A DNA stretch of 64,000 nt from Candidatus Latescibacterota bacterium (GCA_965222935.1 CBDCVA010000001.1:196093-260092); one strand, 5' to 3'. Counted from the stretch's first letter, positions 18,419 to 28,951 are shown. Notes: a model not told the origin generated them from the letters alone. Program-made: numbers and translations.

Positions 18419-19882
18419 ATGGTTCCACTCTCGTTCGATCAGGTGCGTCGTTTCGTCGGCGGTCGTCTCGAATGGCGCGTCACCCCTGCGGGGTCCGCCC
18501 CATCCGTGCAGCGGGTCGTGACCGACTCGCGGGTTGCCACCGACGGCGACCTCTTCATCGCGCTCGGGGGTACCCAGCATGATGGCCACGCCTTCGTTGC
18601 CGATGCGTGTGAGCGGGGTGCGGTGGGGGCCATCGTTCGGGCGGATTGGGCAGAGGCTCGAGGGCTGAGGCCCGGTGCTCGGTTTGCTCTCGTTCGCGTG
18701 CCCGAAACGCTGCGTGCCTATGGCCAGCTCGCGGCGGGCTATCGCCGAACGCGCTCGATCCAGGTCGTGGCCGTGACGGGCTCGAACGGCAAAACGACGA
18801 CCAAGGCGTTCATCGCGTCCATCCTCGCCATGCGTTATCGTGTGCGCCAGAGTATCGCGAGCTACAACAATGAGGTGGGTGTCCCGGCAACGCTTCTCTC
18901 AGCCGACGCCGCCGATGAGGTCGTGGTCGTCGAGATGGGGGCCCGCCAACCGGGCGACCTGGCGTACGTCTGTGAGATCGCTCAACCCACGGCGGGTGTG
19001 ATCACCAACATCGGCAGGGCTCACCTGGAAACGCTCGGTTCGCTTGAAGGGGTCATGCGCGCCAAACGCGAGCTCGTCGAAGCGCTGGGTGCATCCGGGG
19101 TCGCCATCCTGCCCTGGGATGACCCGTATTACGCCTCCCTTCGCGCCGCAGCCCGCTGTCGCTCGGTGTCCTTCGGATTCGAGACCGGCGCCGAGATGCG
19201 CGGGCGTGAGCTGGCGTTAACGTCGGACGCCCGGCCCAGTTTCTCTCTTGGCGCGGAACGGCTGACGTTACGCACACCCGGTGCGCACAATGCTCGAAAT
19301 GCTCTCGGGGCTCTCGCTTTAGGCACGACGTTCGGCGTGTCGTTGATCGCCATGCGCACAGCTCTCGAAGCGGTGCGGCCGGAAGGGATGCGGCTGGAGG
19401 AGCGCGAAGTCGGCGGCCTACGCCTGCTCGTGGACTGCTACAACGCTAATCCCGATTCCGCTGCCGCTGCTTTGGATGTGCTTGCGGCGAGTAGCGTCGC
19501 TGATGGTGGGCGTCGGCTGGCCTTTCTGGGCGAGATGCACGAGGTGGGCACAGGAACGGAAGACTCGCACGAGGAACTGGGGCGGCGGGCGGCCGAGGCT
19601 GGCGTGGCGGAACTGGTCGGCGTCGGCGCCTGGGCGGAGGCGGTTGTGCGGGGCGCTGTGGCCGCCGGCTTGCCCATGTCGCGGGCTCACGTTTGCGCTT
19701 CCAACGCGGCGGCGGCGCTCGTAGAGACCCTGGCACGACCCGGCGATCTGGTCCTGATCAAAGGCTCGCGCGCCGCCCGCATGGAGGCGATCGTGAACGC
19801 ATTGGCGGGTGGCATGGGTGCTGCCCGAGCGCCCGAGTGTGGATCGTCACCCCTCCATGCCCGGGCGGATGCCGTCGTCTGA
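18419..19882 (+). CDS. murF: UDP-N-acetylmuramoyl-tripeptide--D-alanyl-D-alanine ligase
   Basis: GSNGKTTTK P-loop; the MurF-specific SYNNEVGVPATLL motif rules out MurE. Confidence 0.85.
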   Translation: MVPLSFDQVRRFVGGRLEWRVTPAGSAPSVQRVVTDSRVATDGDLFIALGGTQHDGHAFVADACERGAVGAIVRADWAEARGLRPGARFALVRVPETLRAYGQLAAGYRRTRSIQVVAVTGSNGKTTTKAFIASILAMRYRVRQSIASYNNEVGVPATLLSADAADEVVVVEMGARQPGDLAYVCEIAQPTAGVITNIGRAHLETLGSLEGVMRAKRELVEALGASGVAILPWDDPYYASLRAAARCRSVSFGFETGAEMRGRELALTSDARPSFSLGAERLTLRTPGAHNARNALGALALGTTFGVSLIAMRTALEAVRPEGMRLEEREVGGLRLLVDCYNANPDSAAAALDVLAASSVADGGRRLAFLGEMHEVGTGTEDSHEELGRRAAEAGVAELVGVGAWAEAVVRGAVAAGLPMSRAHVCASNAAAALVETLARPGDLVLIKGSRAARMEAIVNALAGGMGAARAPECGSSPLHARADAVV

Positions 19883-19913
19883 GCTCGTGTCTCCGGAGGC
19901 AGCGTAGAAAGCG

Positions 19914-20999
19914 ATGCTCTACCACTTGCTGTACCCTTTGCGCGATGTCTTTTCTGCTTTCAACATATTCCGGTACATTACTTTCCGAGCTACCTATGCC
20001 ACCATCACGGCGCTTCTGATCTGCTTTGTCGTTGGGCCCATGATCATCGCCTGGCTGCGTCGTTCCGCGGTGACCCAGGTCATCCGGGCTGACGGTCCCG
20101 AGTCCCACCAGGCCAAGGTGGGCACGCCCACCATGGGCGGGCTGATCATTCTGTTGGCGGTGGTCGTCTCCACGATCTTATGGGCTCCGCTGAACAATGG
20201 CTATGTGCTTCTGGCGCTTTTGGCGATGGTCTGGCTGGGTGCCCTGGGCTTCATCGACGATACCCTCAAGATACGCACCGCTGGCGGTAGGGGGTTGGCG
20301 CCGCGCTACAAGCTCGCCGCACAGGGCGCCTTGGGCGTTGTGATCGGGACGATCCTGTACGTTCACCCTCTGGCTCCTGAGTTCGGCACTCAAACCAGTG
20401 TGCCTTTTTTCAAGGACGTTCACATCCATTTCCACTGGTTTTACATCCCCGCCGTGGCGCTAGTCATCACCGGGGCATCCAATGCCGTCAACCTCACCGA
20501 TGGCCTTGACGGTCTGGCCATTGGCCTGGTCGGGATTGTCACCAGCGCTTTCGCCTTGATCTGCTACGTCACCGGCCGGTCTACCTCCAGCGAGTACCTG
20601 CGCATCGACTATCTACCTGGCTCGGGCGAGCTGACCATCTTCTGCATGGCGCTTTTGGGTGCCAGCTTGGGGTTTTTGTGGTTCAACGCCAGACCGGCGC
20701 AGGTCATGATGGGCGACACGGGCGCGCTCGCTCTAGGCGGCGCCATTGGTACCCTCGCCGTGCTCTCGAAGATGGAACTTGTGCTTGTGATCATCGGCGG
20801 TGTCTTCGTCATCGAAGCGCTATCGGTGATCGCTCAGGTCCTGTCCTTCCGTTACCGTCACAAGCGGGTCCTCCGCATGGCTCCCTTGCACCACCATTTC
20901 GAGCTCTGCGGCTGGCCCGAATCGAAGGTCGTCATACGGTTCTGGATTCTGGGCGTGCTCTTTGCGCTTCTAGGGCTTTCCACCTTCAAGATTCGATGA
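19914..20999 (+). CDS. mraY: Phospho-N-acetylmuramoyl-pentapeptide transferase
   Basis: 10-TM protein with MraY motifs (NAVNLTDGLDGLA, HHHFE). Confidence 0.9.
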   Translation: MLYHLLYPLRDVFSAFNIFRYITFRATYATITALLICFVVGPMIIAWLRRSAVTQVIRADGPESHQAKVGTPTMGGLIILLAVVVSTILWAPLNNGYVLLALLAMVWLGALGFIDDTLKIRTAGGRGLAPRYKLAAQGALGVVIGTILYVHPLAPEFGTQTSVPFFKDVHIHFHWFYIPAVALVITGASNAVNLTDGLDGLAIGLVGIVTSAFALICYVTGRSTSSEYLRIDYLPGSGELTIFCMALLGASLGFLWFNARPAQVMMGDTGALALGGAIGTLAVLSKMELVLVIIGGVFVIEALSVIAQVLSFRYRHKRVLRMAPLHHHFELCGWPESKVVIRFWILGVLFALLGLSTFKIR

Positions 21000-22174
21000 C
21001 CGCCCCGGGCGGCGACTCTGCGGATTCTGGGGCGCGTGTCGGGGGAGTGGACCGTGCCCTTCTGGCTATCGCCCTCATCCTGGTGGCCCTGGGAGTGGTC
21101 ATGGTTTTCAGTGCCAGTGCTTTAGTAGCGGCGGAGCGTTTCGGCAAAGCTACGTTCTTCGCCGAGCGGCACCTCGTGCGGGCCGTCATCGGAATCGCCT
21201 TGATGCTCACCCTGGCGCAGCTTCCCGCCGACGTTTTCGCCCGATTCGCCCGGCCGGCGATGCTCCTGACTTTGGGTCTCCTGCTCCTGCTGCTGTTGGG
21301 TGCGTGGATCGGCTGGCCTCCGACCATCAACGGTGTGCGGCGTTGGATCACGCTGGGACCGTTCACCTTCCAACCCTCAGAGCTCGCGAAGGTGGCGCTG
21401 GTGCTCTACCTGGCCGAGGCACTGCCGCGTAAAGGGCGTCGGGTGCGAAAGTTCTGGATGGGTCTTGCGGGTCCGCTCATAGTGGTCCTGTTCGTCGCGG
21501 CACTGGTGGCCGCCGAGCCAGACCTGAGCGGCGCCAGCGCCGTCGTGCTCATCGCCCTTGCGGTGTTCTGGCTGGGCGGCGTGCGGCTGAGCCACGTCGT
21601 TCTCCTCGGCGGCACGGCAATTGTGTGCTTTCTGGCTGTCGTGCTGGGAGTAGGGCACGGTATCGATCGGGTTGTCGGCGGCTTCCTCGACCGTTCGGCG
21701 CACGCGCATCAAGCGGGTTATCACCTCTCCCAGTCGTTGCTCGGTCTGGGCTCCGGCGGCCTCTGGGGACTGGGCTTGGGGGCTTCGCGCCAGAAAATGT
21801 TCTTCCTGCCGGAACCCCACACGGACTTTATCTTCTCTGTGATCGGCGAGGAACTGGGTTTCATCGGAGCGTTGTTGACGTGCGGGCTGTTCATCGCCTA
21901 TGCTTTCCGGGCGTGGGCCATCGCGCGGCGTGCGCCGACGCAGCAGGGTTTTCTGCTCGCCGCGGGGCTGGCAGGGACGCTGGGACTATCGGCCTGGCTG
22001 CACGTGGCCGTGGTGCTGGGCGTGGTGCCGCCCACCGGCTTGCCCTTGCCTTTCGTCAGTTACGGCGGCACGGCGCTCGTGATGGCGTTGGCCTCCACGG
22101 GTATCATCCTCAACATCTCGCGAACGTTGGAGCCTCAGCGACGGTGGCTGAAACCCGTCGGCATGGTGCCATGA
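20996..22174 (+). CDS. ftsW: Peptidoglycan glycosyltransferase FtsW (SEDS family)
   Basis: ATG at 20996 overlaps the mraY stop; SEDS features (QPSE motif, many TM helices). The long track ORF 20678 is an artefactual extension. Confidence 0.85.
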   Translation: MTAPGGDSADSGARVGGVDRALLAIALILVALGVVMVFSASALVAAERFGKATFFAERHLVRAVIGIALMLTLAQLPADVFARFARPAMLLTLGLLLLLLLGAWIGWPPTINGVRRWITLGPFTFQPSELAKVALVLYLAEALPRKGRRVRKFWMGLAGPLIVVLFVAALVAAEPDLSGASAVVLIALAVFWLGGVRLSHVVLLGGTAIVCFLAVVLGVGHGIDRVVGGFLDRSAHAHQAGYHLSQSLLGLGSGGLWGLGLGASRQKMFFLPEPHTDFIFSVIGEELGFIGALLTCGLFIAYAFRAWAIARRAPTQQGFLLAAGLAGTLGLSAWLHVAVVLGVVPPTGLPLPFVSYGGTALVMALASTGIILNISRTLEPQRRWLKPVGMVP

Positions 22175-23286
22175 GGCTGGTCTTCGCTGGCGGGGGAACG
22201 GGGGGCCACGTCTACCCCGCCCTGGCGGTGGCGGAAGAGGTGGCCCGACGTGCGCCAGGAAGCCAGATCCTCTTTCTGGGGACGGCGGGTGGGCTCGAAA
22301 GCCGCGCTATCCCCTCAGCCGGTTTCCCTCTCCGGTCCGTCTGGGCACGCCCTCTGGCCCGGCGGCTCTCATGGGCGCTGGCGTTCTGGCCGCTTCACCT
22401 TGCGCGTGGGGTCCTGAGCGCCTGCACGGCCCTGGCACGTTTCAAGCCGCATGTGGTTGTCGGTAGCGGTGGCTACGTCAGCGGTCCCGCGGGCATCGCC
22501 GCGCTTCTCTGCGGTGTGCCGTTGGTGCTCTTGGAACAGAATATTTTACCTGGATTAGTGACGCGGCTTCTGGCGCCGCTGGCCCGCCGCGTCTATGTGT
22601 CATCGGCTGATACGCTCCGGTTTCTGGACAGACATAGCAATGTCGCCGTCGCGGGCAATCCCCTTCGGCTCGGCTTCGGTCTCATGGGCCGCGCGGAAGC
22701 GCTTCGCCGCTTGAATCTCCCTCCCGATGAAGGCCGCCTCACGGTCTTGGTAACCGGTGGTAGCCAGGGCTCCGTGCCGATCAACGAGGCTGTCCTGATA
22801 GGGCTTTCCCTGTTGGGGACGGAAAAAGTGCGGTTTTTGTGGCAGACCGGCCCCTCGGATTTCGATCGACTCCAAAGGGCGTGTGCCGGGTTGCCCATCG
22901 AGGTACACCTTCGATCTTACATTGATGAGATGGCTGCGGCGTACGCCGTCTGCGATCTGGTCGTCGCACGTAGCGGTGCCATGACGGTTGCGGAGCTGAC
23001 CACCTGCGGCCTTCCGTCCGTTTTGATCCCACTCCCGCATGCTGCCGCCGGCCATCAGACTGCCAACGCTCGGCATCTGGAGCGTACGGGTGCCTGCATG
23101 GTGATCCCGCAGGCCGAGCTTGCGCCCCAGCGGCTGGCCTCGGCCATCGCTGAGTTGGCCGCCGATCCACGGCGTCTGAGGGAGATGGGTGAGCATGCAC
23201 GATCTCTAGCGCAAAGCGATGCAAGGAACCACATTGCGGAGGACTTGACGCGCAGATGGGAACAGCGCCTGAAAACGGACTGTTGA
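22171..23286 (+). CDS. murG: UDP-N-acetylglucosamine--N-acetylmuramyl-(pentapeptide) pyrophosphoryl-undecaprenol N-acetylglucosamine transferase
   Basis: ATGA overlap with ftsW; GGTGGHVYPALAVA N-terminus. Confidence 0.9.
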   Translation: MRLVFAGGGTGGHVYPALAVAEEVARRAPGSQILFLGTAGGLESRAIPSAGFPLRSVWARPLARRLSWALAFWPLHLARGVLSACTALARFKPHVVVGSGGYVSGPAGIAALLCGVPLVLLEQNILPGLVTRLLAPLARRVYVSSADTLRFLDRHSNVAVAGNPLRLGFGLMGRAEALRRLNLPPDEGRLTVLVTGGSQGSVPINEAVLIGLSLLGTEKVRFLWQTGPSDFDRLQRACAGLPIEVHLRSYIDEMAAAYAVCDLVVARSGAMTVAELTTCGLPSVLIPLPHAAAGHQTANARHLERTGACMVIPQAELAPQRLASAIAELAADPRRLREMGEHARSLAQSDARNHIAEDLTRRWEQRLKTDC

Positions 23287-24722
23287 AGGCACCTAGCGCC
23301 CTGGATGCGCCGAGCCAGGCCTATCGCCGGCTTCATCTAGTGGGTATCGGCGGTGCAGGGATGAGTGCTCTGGCGGAACTCCTCTTGCGCCGCGGCTTCG
23401 CCGTCTCGGGCTCGGACCTAGTGAGTTCGGGAATGACGCGGCGGCTGGCGCAAATGGGCGCCCGGGTCGCCATCGGTCACGCGGCTGAGCACACGCTGGG
23501 CGTTGATCTCGTCATCTATTCGGCCGCTGTGCCGCCAACCAATGTCGAGCTCGAAGCCGCGCGCGCGGCCCGCGTTCCTACGATCCGCCGCGCGGAGGCC
23601 CTCGGCGTCCTGGGTTGTGGAAAGGAAACGATCGCCGTCGGGGGAACGCACGGCAAGACGACGACCGCATCGCTCACATGTGCGGTTCTGACCGAGGCAG
23701 GGCTGGACCCCACCGCCCTTGTGGGCGGGCGGATACGGGTCCTCAATTCCGGGACGCGGCTGGGCGAGGGTCCGCATCTGGTCGTCGAGGCGGATGAGTT
23801 CGGTCGCTCCTTCCTGACGCTTCGTCCCGTGGTCACCGTCGTCACCAGCGTGGAAGGGGATCATCTGGATTGCTATCATGACCTGGCCGACCTAGAAGAG
23901 GCGTTCGTCCGGTTCGCCAGCTCCACCTCGCCCTCGGGGCGGACCATCTTCTGTGCGGATGACCCTGGCGCCCGGAGGTTGGTTTCTCGCGTGGACGTGC
24001 CCTCTCTGCTGTACGGGTTCGGGCCCGACGCGCACGTTCGCGCGGACGCGATGGAGCAGGTGGGGTGGTCGACGGCCTTTACATTACGGGTGGACGGGCG
24101 CACCGCCGGGCGTGCGACGCTTCGGGCTCCGGGCTGCCACAACGTCTCCAACGCCTTGGGGGCCGCCGCCGTGGGCGTGGCGCTGGGTGTGGAGCTGTCG
24201 GCGATCCTCAGGGGACTCGATGCGTGGCAGGGCGTACACCGCCGGTTCGAGATCAAAGGCACCGCGGGCAATACGGTGGTGGTGGACGATTATGCGCACC
24301 ACCCCACGGAGATCCGAGCCACGCTGGTTGCTGCGCGCGCCCTTCGATCCGGGCCAATCGTTGCTGTTTTTCAACCCCACCTGTACTCACGCACGCGGGA
24401 CTTTGCCGATGACTTCGGCGCCGCCTTAGCCGAAGCGGACGCCGTGGTCATCATGGACGTTTACCCTGCGCGCGAGGAGCCGTTGCCCGGGGTGAGTGGG
24501 GCGCTCGTGGCCGACGCCTGCCTGCGCGCTGGGTGCGCTGACGTGACATATGTGCCGGATCGTCAACGACTCATGGAAGTCGTCCGCCATCGGGCCGCCG
24601 AGGCCGCGATGGTGCTCACCTTGGGCGCGGGTGACATCGACGCCCTTGGCGAGGTCCTGGTGGACGAACTGCGCCTGGCGCACACCGTTGGGCCGGTTCG
24701 GCCCAGCGCCAAAGGGGGGTGA
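23256..24722 (+). CDS. murC: UDP-N-acetylmuramate--L-alanine ligase
   Basis: HLVGIGGAGMSALAELL, GTHGKTTT P-loop. Confidence 0.9.
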   Translation: MGTAPENGLLKAPSALDAPSQAYRRLHLVGIGGAGMSALAELLLRRGFAVSGSDLVSSGMTRRLAQMGARVAIGHAAEHTLGVDLVIYSAAVPPTNVELEAARAARVPTIRRAEALGVLGCGKETIAVGGTHGKTTTASLTCAVLTEAGLDPTALVGGRIRVLNSGTRLGEGPHLVVEADEFGRSFLTLRPVVTVVTSVEGDHLDCYHDLADLEEAFVRFASSTSPSGRTIFCADDPGARRLVSRVDVPSLLYGFGPDAHVRADAMEQVGWSTAFTLRVDGRTAGRATLRAPGCHNVSNALGAAAVGVALGVELSAILRGLDAWQGVHRRFEIKGTAGNTVVVDDYAHHPTEIRATLVAARALRSGPIVAVFQPHLYSRTRDFADDFGAALAEADAVVIMDVYPAREEPLPGVSGALVADACLRAGCADVTYVPDRQRLMEVVRHRAAEAAMVLTLGAGDIDALGEVLVDELRLAHTVGPVRPSAKGG

Positions 24723-24728
24723 GCCGAG

Positions 24729-25646
24729 GTGGCTAACGTGGGCGAGCGGCAGCGACTGGCGGGCAGCGACGATCTGGCCTCCGTGGGTACCGACGTCCGG
24801 CGGGACGAAAACCTGAGGGGCCTCACCACGCTCGGCGTCGGTGGCCCGGCCGCCGTGGTCGTCCGCGCGCGGGAGGAGGCCGACATCATCCGCGCGCTCG
24901 CCCTTGCGGAGCGGTCCGGGCGGCCCGTTCGCGTCATCGGTGCGGGTACAAATCTCCTGGCCAGCGATGCGGGTTTCGACGGAGTCATCATCAAGCTGGG
25001 GCGCGGCTTTCGGGGAGTACAGCGGGAGGGTCATTGCGTCGAAATCGGCGCCGCTGCGACGATGAGCCGGCTGGTGGATTTCTGTTTACGGGAGGGGCTC
25101 ACCGGCGTGGAATTCGCCGGTCAGATCCCTGGTACCGTCGGGGGAGCGATCGCGGGCAATGCTGGCGCCTATGACGGTGAGACCGCCGATCGGCTTGAGG
25201 CAGTGTGGGGGGTGGACATCCCCACGCGCCAGCCCGTCCGCCTTTCGCGCGAAGAGATCACTTTCGCCTACCGGAACTCCACATTGCGGAATCGGGTGGT
25301 GATTACGCGGGCCCGTTTCGCTCTGGAGCCCGGGGAAGATGCCGCCAGCCGCGAACGGGTCCGCGTGCTTAGGGGCCATCGCACGGCGACGCAGCCGATG
25401 GGTGTCCGGACGGCGGGTTGTGTGTTCAAGAATCCGCCCGGTCTTTCCGCCGGGGCGCTGTTGGACCGCGCCCAACTCAAAGGCCAAGCCGTGCGCGACG
25501 CCGCCATGAGCGAGACGCATGCGAATTTTCTGATCAACCTCGGCGCTGCGACGGAGGTCGATGTCCGTGAGCTCATCGCTCTTGCCCGGCGCGTGATCCT
25601 CCATAGCTACGGCATTCGCTTGGAATTGGAGCTTGTGGAGCTATGA
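24729..25646 (+). CDS. murB: UDP-N-acetylenolpyruvoylglucosamine reductase
   Basis: FAD-binding domain (LTTLGVGG...), MurB C-terminal domain. Confidence 0.85.
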   Translation: MANVGERQRLAGSDDLASVGTDVRRDENLRGLTTLGVGGPAAVVVRAREEADIIRALALAERSGRPVRVIGAGTNLLASDAGFDGVIIKLGRGFRGVQREGHCVEIGAAATMSRLVDFCLREGLTGVEFAGQIPGTVGGAIAGNAGAYDGETADRLEAVWGVDIPTRQPVRLSREEITFAYRNSTLRNRVVITRARFALEPGEDAASRERVRVLRGHRTATQPMGVRTAGCVFKNPPGLSAGALLDRAQLKGQAVRDAAMSETHANFLINLGAATEVDVRELIALARRVILHSYGIRLELELVEL

Positions 25647-26452
25647 ACCGCGCACTGCCCTATGCCGGGTCCAGAGGTCCACGTCCCATGGCTCGCCGGG
25701 CGAGGCGAGGGCGCCGGTTTGTACGCTACATCGTCGGAGCGGTCGGCGTGGGGGCCGCACTTGCGGCTCTGGCCTGGTCCGGACATGCTCTGCCTTCAAG
25801 CCTGGCTCAAATGCCATTGTTTTCGGTCGGGCGCGTTGAGGTCGTGGGCGCGGGCCTGCCTGAGGTCGGCGAGCTTGTCGCGGCTGCGGGGCTGGCAGCA
25901 CAGGAGCGCGTCGGACAGCTCGATCTTCAGGCCGCTGCGGAGCGCCTTCTCGCCCTGCCTCCCGTGCGAAAGGCCGATCTCACCTGGCTCCCTCCGGACC
26001 GCGTGCGCATACGCATCACCAAGCGGGAGCCCGTGGCGCTCCTCAGCCTCGACCAAACCTACGGCGTGGACCGCGATCTATGGTGCTTCACGATTCCTTC
26101 CGATGCTCTTCCCACGGGGCTTCCAATGGTCACGGGCGTGAGTCCGTCCGGTGTGGCCCCCAGTGGGCGTTTGACCAACCCAGCGGTGGGGGAGGCGATT
26201 CGCGTTGTCGATGCACTTGGGGCAACGGATCCGGCACTGGCGTCGCAAGTGGCCGAGGTCGCCATGACGCCGGAGGGCATTGATCTCGTGCTTCGGAACG
26301 GGCGTGTGCGCCTTGGGCGCGGTCGATACGAGGACAAGCTCCGGGTCGTATTGATGGTACTGGATGACCTGGCGAGCCGAAGTGAGACATATGCCGAGAT
26401 CGATGTGCGGTTCAGGGAGTTGGCCGTGGTTCGGGGTCCTCGAGGCGCGTAA
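25643..26452 (+). CDS. ftsQ: Cell division protein FtsQ (POTRA domain)
   Basis: Basic N-terminus, one TM segment, POTRA-like region; canonical position before ftsA. Confidence 0.7.
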   Translation: MNRALPYAGSRGPRPMARRARRGRRFVRYIVGAVGVGAALAALAWSGHALPSSLAQMPLFSVGRVEVVGAGLPEVGELVAAAGLAAQERVGQLDLQAAAERLLALPPVRKADLTWLPPDRVRIRITKREPVALLSLDQTYGVDRDLWCFTIPSDALPTGLPMVTGVSPSGVAPSGRLTNPAVGEAIRVVDALGATDPALASQVAEVAMTPEGIDLVLRNGRVRLGRGRYEDKLRVVLMVLDDLASRSETYAEIDVRFRELAVVRGPRGA

Positions 26453-26468
26453 TCTTTAACCGCGCAAG

Positions 26469-27716
26469 GTGTGGGAGAAAGCGAGCGGCGTGGCAAAGTC
26501 GGGCGATCTGATTGTCGGGCTGGACATCGGGACGACGAAGACGCTCTGCGTCGTGGCCGAGGCGGTCCCGGACGAGCTCCCCAGCGTCATTGGCATGGGT
26601 GTGTCATCCACAGCCGGGCTCTACAGTGGTTCCGTGGTGAACATGGAGGACACCGTGGGGGCCATCCGAGAGGCTGTGGCTAGCGCCGAACGGATGGTCG
26701 GTGTGCAGGTCGAACAGGTTTACGCCGGCATCATGGGCGAGCACGTTTACGGCCATAATGGCCGCGGCACCGTCGCGGTGTCAGGTCCGGGCAATGAGAT
26801 CACCTCTGGCGATGTCGACCGGGTCTTGGCGCAGGCCGAGGCCATCACTCTTCCCGATGGACGAGAGGTCCTTCACGTGCTCCCCCGGCAGTTCATCGTA
26901 GACGACCAGCAAGGCATCCGCGAGCCCTTGGGCATCACGGGCACCCGCTTGGAGGCCGATGTGCACGTGGTCACCGCTCAGAGCACCCCGATCTTGACTC
27001 TCGAGAGAGGCGTCGAGCGGGCGGGCTTCGCCGTGCGTGGGATGGTGCTTGAACCTTTGGCGTCGAGCTATGCCGTCCTCACACCGGACGAGAAGCAGCT
27101 AGGCTGCGTTCTGGTCGACATCGGCGGCGGCACGACCGACCTGGCCGTGTTCTTCCGCGGGAGCATCTGGCACACGGCCGTCGTGCCTCTGGGTGGCAAT
27201 AACGTGACCGAGGACATTGCTGTGGGTCTGGAGATGCCGGTCGCCTGCGCGGAGAAGCTGAAGTGCGAAAGGGGTAGTGCGCTGGCCGAAATGGTCGACG
27301 ATGACGAGCAGATCGAGATAGAAGCGTCGGGCGACGACGGAGCACGGTCGGTCTCCCGCACGTTTCTGGCTGAGATTATCGAAGCCCGGTTGGAGGAGAT
27401 TTTCCAGCTCACATGCAGGGAGCTCCGACGAGCCGAATGCATCGAACTGTTGGGGAGCGGTATGATCCTGACCGGAGGCGGCACCCTTCTGGATGGGGTG
27501 GTGGATGTGGCGCGGAAGATTTTTGGGCGCTCGGTGCGGGTTGGGACGCCTCGGGGCGTGCGCATGGCCCGCGATGACTTCGCGAGTCCCATGTACGCGA
27601 CCGGCGTCGGGCTCGTGGTCTATGGATTCGAAGCGCTCAGCGTCGAAGGCCGCCAGGGGCGTGTACGCAAGGGTTGGTCGGGGCGATTGGGCGCATGGCT
27701 TCGCGATTTCTTCTAG
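26469..27716 (+). CDS. ftsA: Cell division protein FtsA
   Basis: Actin-like ATPase (VGLDIGTTK, DIGGGTTD). Confidence 0.9.
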   Translation: MWEKASGVAKSGDLIVGLDIGTTKTLCVVAEAVPDELPSVIGMGVSSTAGLYSGSVVNMEDTVGAIREAVASAERMVGVQVEQVYAGIMGEHVYGHNGRGTVAVSGPGNEITSGDVDRVLAQAEAITLPDGREVLHVLPRQFIVDDQQGIREPLGITGTRLEADVHVVTAQSTPILTLERGVERAGFAVRGMVLEPLASSYAVLTPDEKQLGCVLVDIGGGTTDLAVFFRGSIWHTAVVPLGGNNVTEDIAVGLEMPVACAEKLKCERGSALAEMVDDDEQIEIEASGDDGARSVSRTFLAEIIEARLEEIFQLTCRELRRAECIELLGSGMILTGGGTLLDGVVDVARKIFGRSVRVGTPRGVRMARDDFASPMYATGVGLVVYGFEALSVEGRQGRVRKGWSGRLGAWLRDFF

Positions 27717-27775
27717 CGGCGCCACCGCGGCCTGCTGCGGTTGGCAAAGAGAGCTACGACGCGCGGGGGTGGACG

Positions 27776-28942
27776 ATGTCGGATGACGATAGCACGAGGA
27801 TCGAGATGGCCGAGCATCCTGGCAACGGTGCTCGCATGAAAGTGGTGGGGGTCGGTGGCGCTGGTGGGAACGCGGTGGATCGCATGATAGCGGCCCATCT
27901 TGCGGGCGTCGAGTTCATCGCGATCAATACGGACCTTCAGGCCCTCGGCCAGTCGCGGGCACCCACCAAGGTGCAGATCGGCACCAACCTCACCCGGGGG
28001 CTCGGCGCTGGCGGTGACCCCCAGGTGGGCCGCGAGGCTGCCCTCGAAGATCGCGAGACCGTTGTCGAGATCCTAGATGGATCGGACATGGTCTTCGTCG
28101 CCGCTGGGATGGGCGGCGGCACCGGCACAGGCGCTGCGCCCCTCGTCGCCGAGGTGGCGCGGGAACATGGGGCCTTGACCGTTGGGATCGTGACCAAGCC
28201 CTTCGTCTTCGAGGGAGCCAGGCGGCTCGACCAGGCCCAGGAGGGGATCGATGCCCTGAAGGCTCGCGTGGACACCTTGATCGTCATTCCCAATCAGCGC
28301 CTTATGTTGGTCACCGACGAGAACACGACGCTTCTGGACGCCTTCAAGCTGGCTGACGAAGTGCTGCTTCACGCCACACGCGGCATCTCCGATATCATTG
28401 CCATACCGGGCCTGATCAACCGCGATTTCAATGACGTCAAGGCGGTGATGCACGATATGGGCGATGCCCTCCTTGGGACTGGCACCGCTAGTGGGGAGAA
28501 ACGCGCGATCGATGCGGCCCAGCGGGCGGTCAAGAGCCCTCTCCTAGAGGAGATCTCGATCGAGGGTGCAAAGGCCGTTCTCCTCAACATCTCGGCGGGT
28601 CCCAACCTCAAGCTCGCCGAGGTGGATGCCGCTGCAACGGTTGTCAGCGAGGCAGCGGGTGCTGGGGCCGGCATTTTCATGGGCGCCGTCATCCGGGAAG
28701 ATATGGCCGAAGAGCTGACCGTCACCGTGATCGCCACTGGCTTCGGGGATGAGGAGGATGACCTTCCTGGGTCGCCCTCCTCTGAGGTGGTGCAGGAAGA
28801 GATCGGAGTACCGGCTATCGAGCGCAAACCGACTGCTAAGATCGAAAAGTTGCGGCGAAGCCGCTTGCAGGGATCGTCCACGAAAGAGGCGAAAGACCAG
28901 TTGGACGTCCCGGCCTTTATACGGAAGCGACTTCGCTCGTAG
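27776..28942 (+). CDS. ftsZ: Cell division GTPase FtsZ
   Basis: GVGGAGGNAV tubulin signature, T7 loop, conserved C-terminal tail DVPAFIRKR. Start chosen at ATG 27776; the track ORF 27674 has a 5' extension overlapping ftsA. Confidence 0.9.
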   Translation: MSDDDSTRIEMAEHPGNGARMKVVGVGGAGGNAVDRMIAAHLAGVEFIAINTDLQALGQSRAPTKVQIGTNLTRGLGAGGDPQVGREAALEDRETVVEILDGSDMVFVAAGMGGGTGTGAAPLVAEVAREHGALTVGIVTKPFVFEGARRLDQAQEGIDALKARVDTLIVIPNQRLMLVTDENTTLLDAFKLADEVLLHATRGISDIIAIPGLINRDFNDVKAVMHDMGDALLGTGTASGEKRAIDAAQRAVKSPLLEEISIEGAKAVLLNISAGPNLKLAEVDAAATVVSEAAGAGAGIFMGAVIREDMAEELTVTVIATGFGDEEDDLPGSPSSEVVQEEIGVPAIERKPTAKIEKLRRSRLQGSSTKEAKDQLDVPAFIRKRLRS

Positions 28943-28951
28943 GGGGGAGGC

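Noticed and set aside
18419-19882. Whether the ligase after ftsI is MurE (expected by synteny) rather than MurF
   Set aside because: It contains the MurF-specific SYNNEVGVP motif and a MurF-type N-terminal domain, so it was kept as murF and murE noted as absent.
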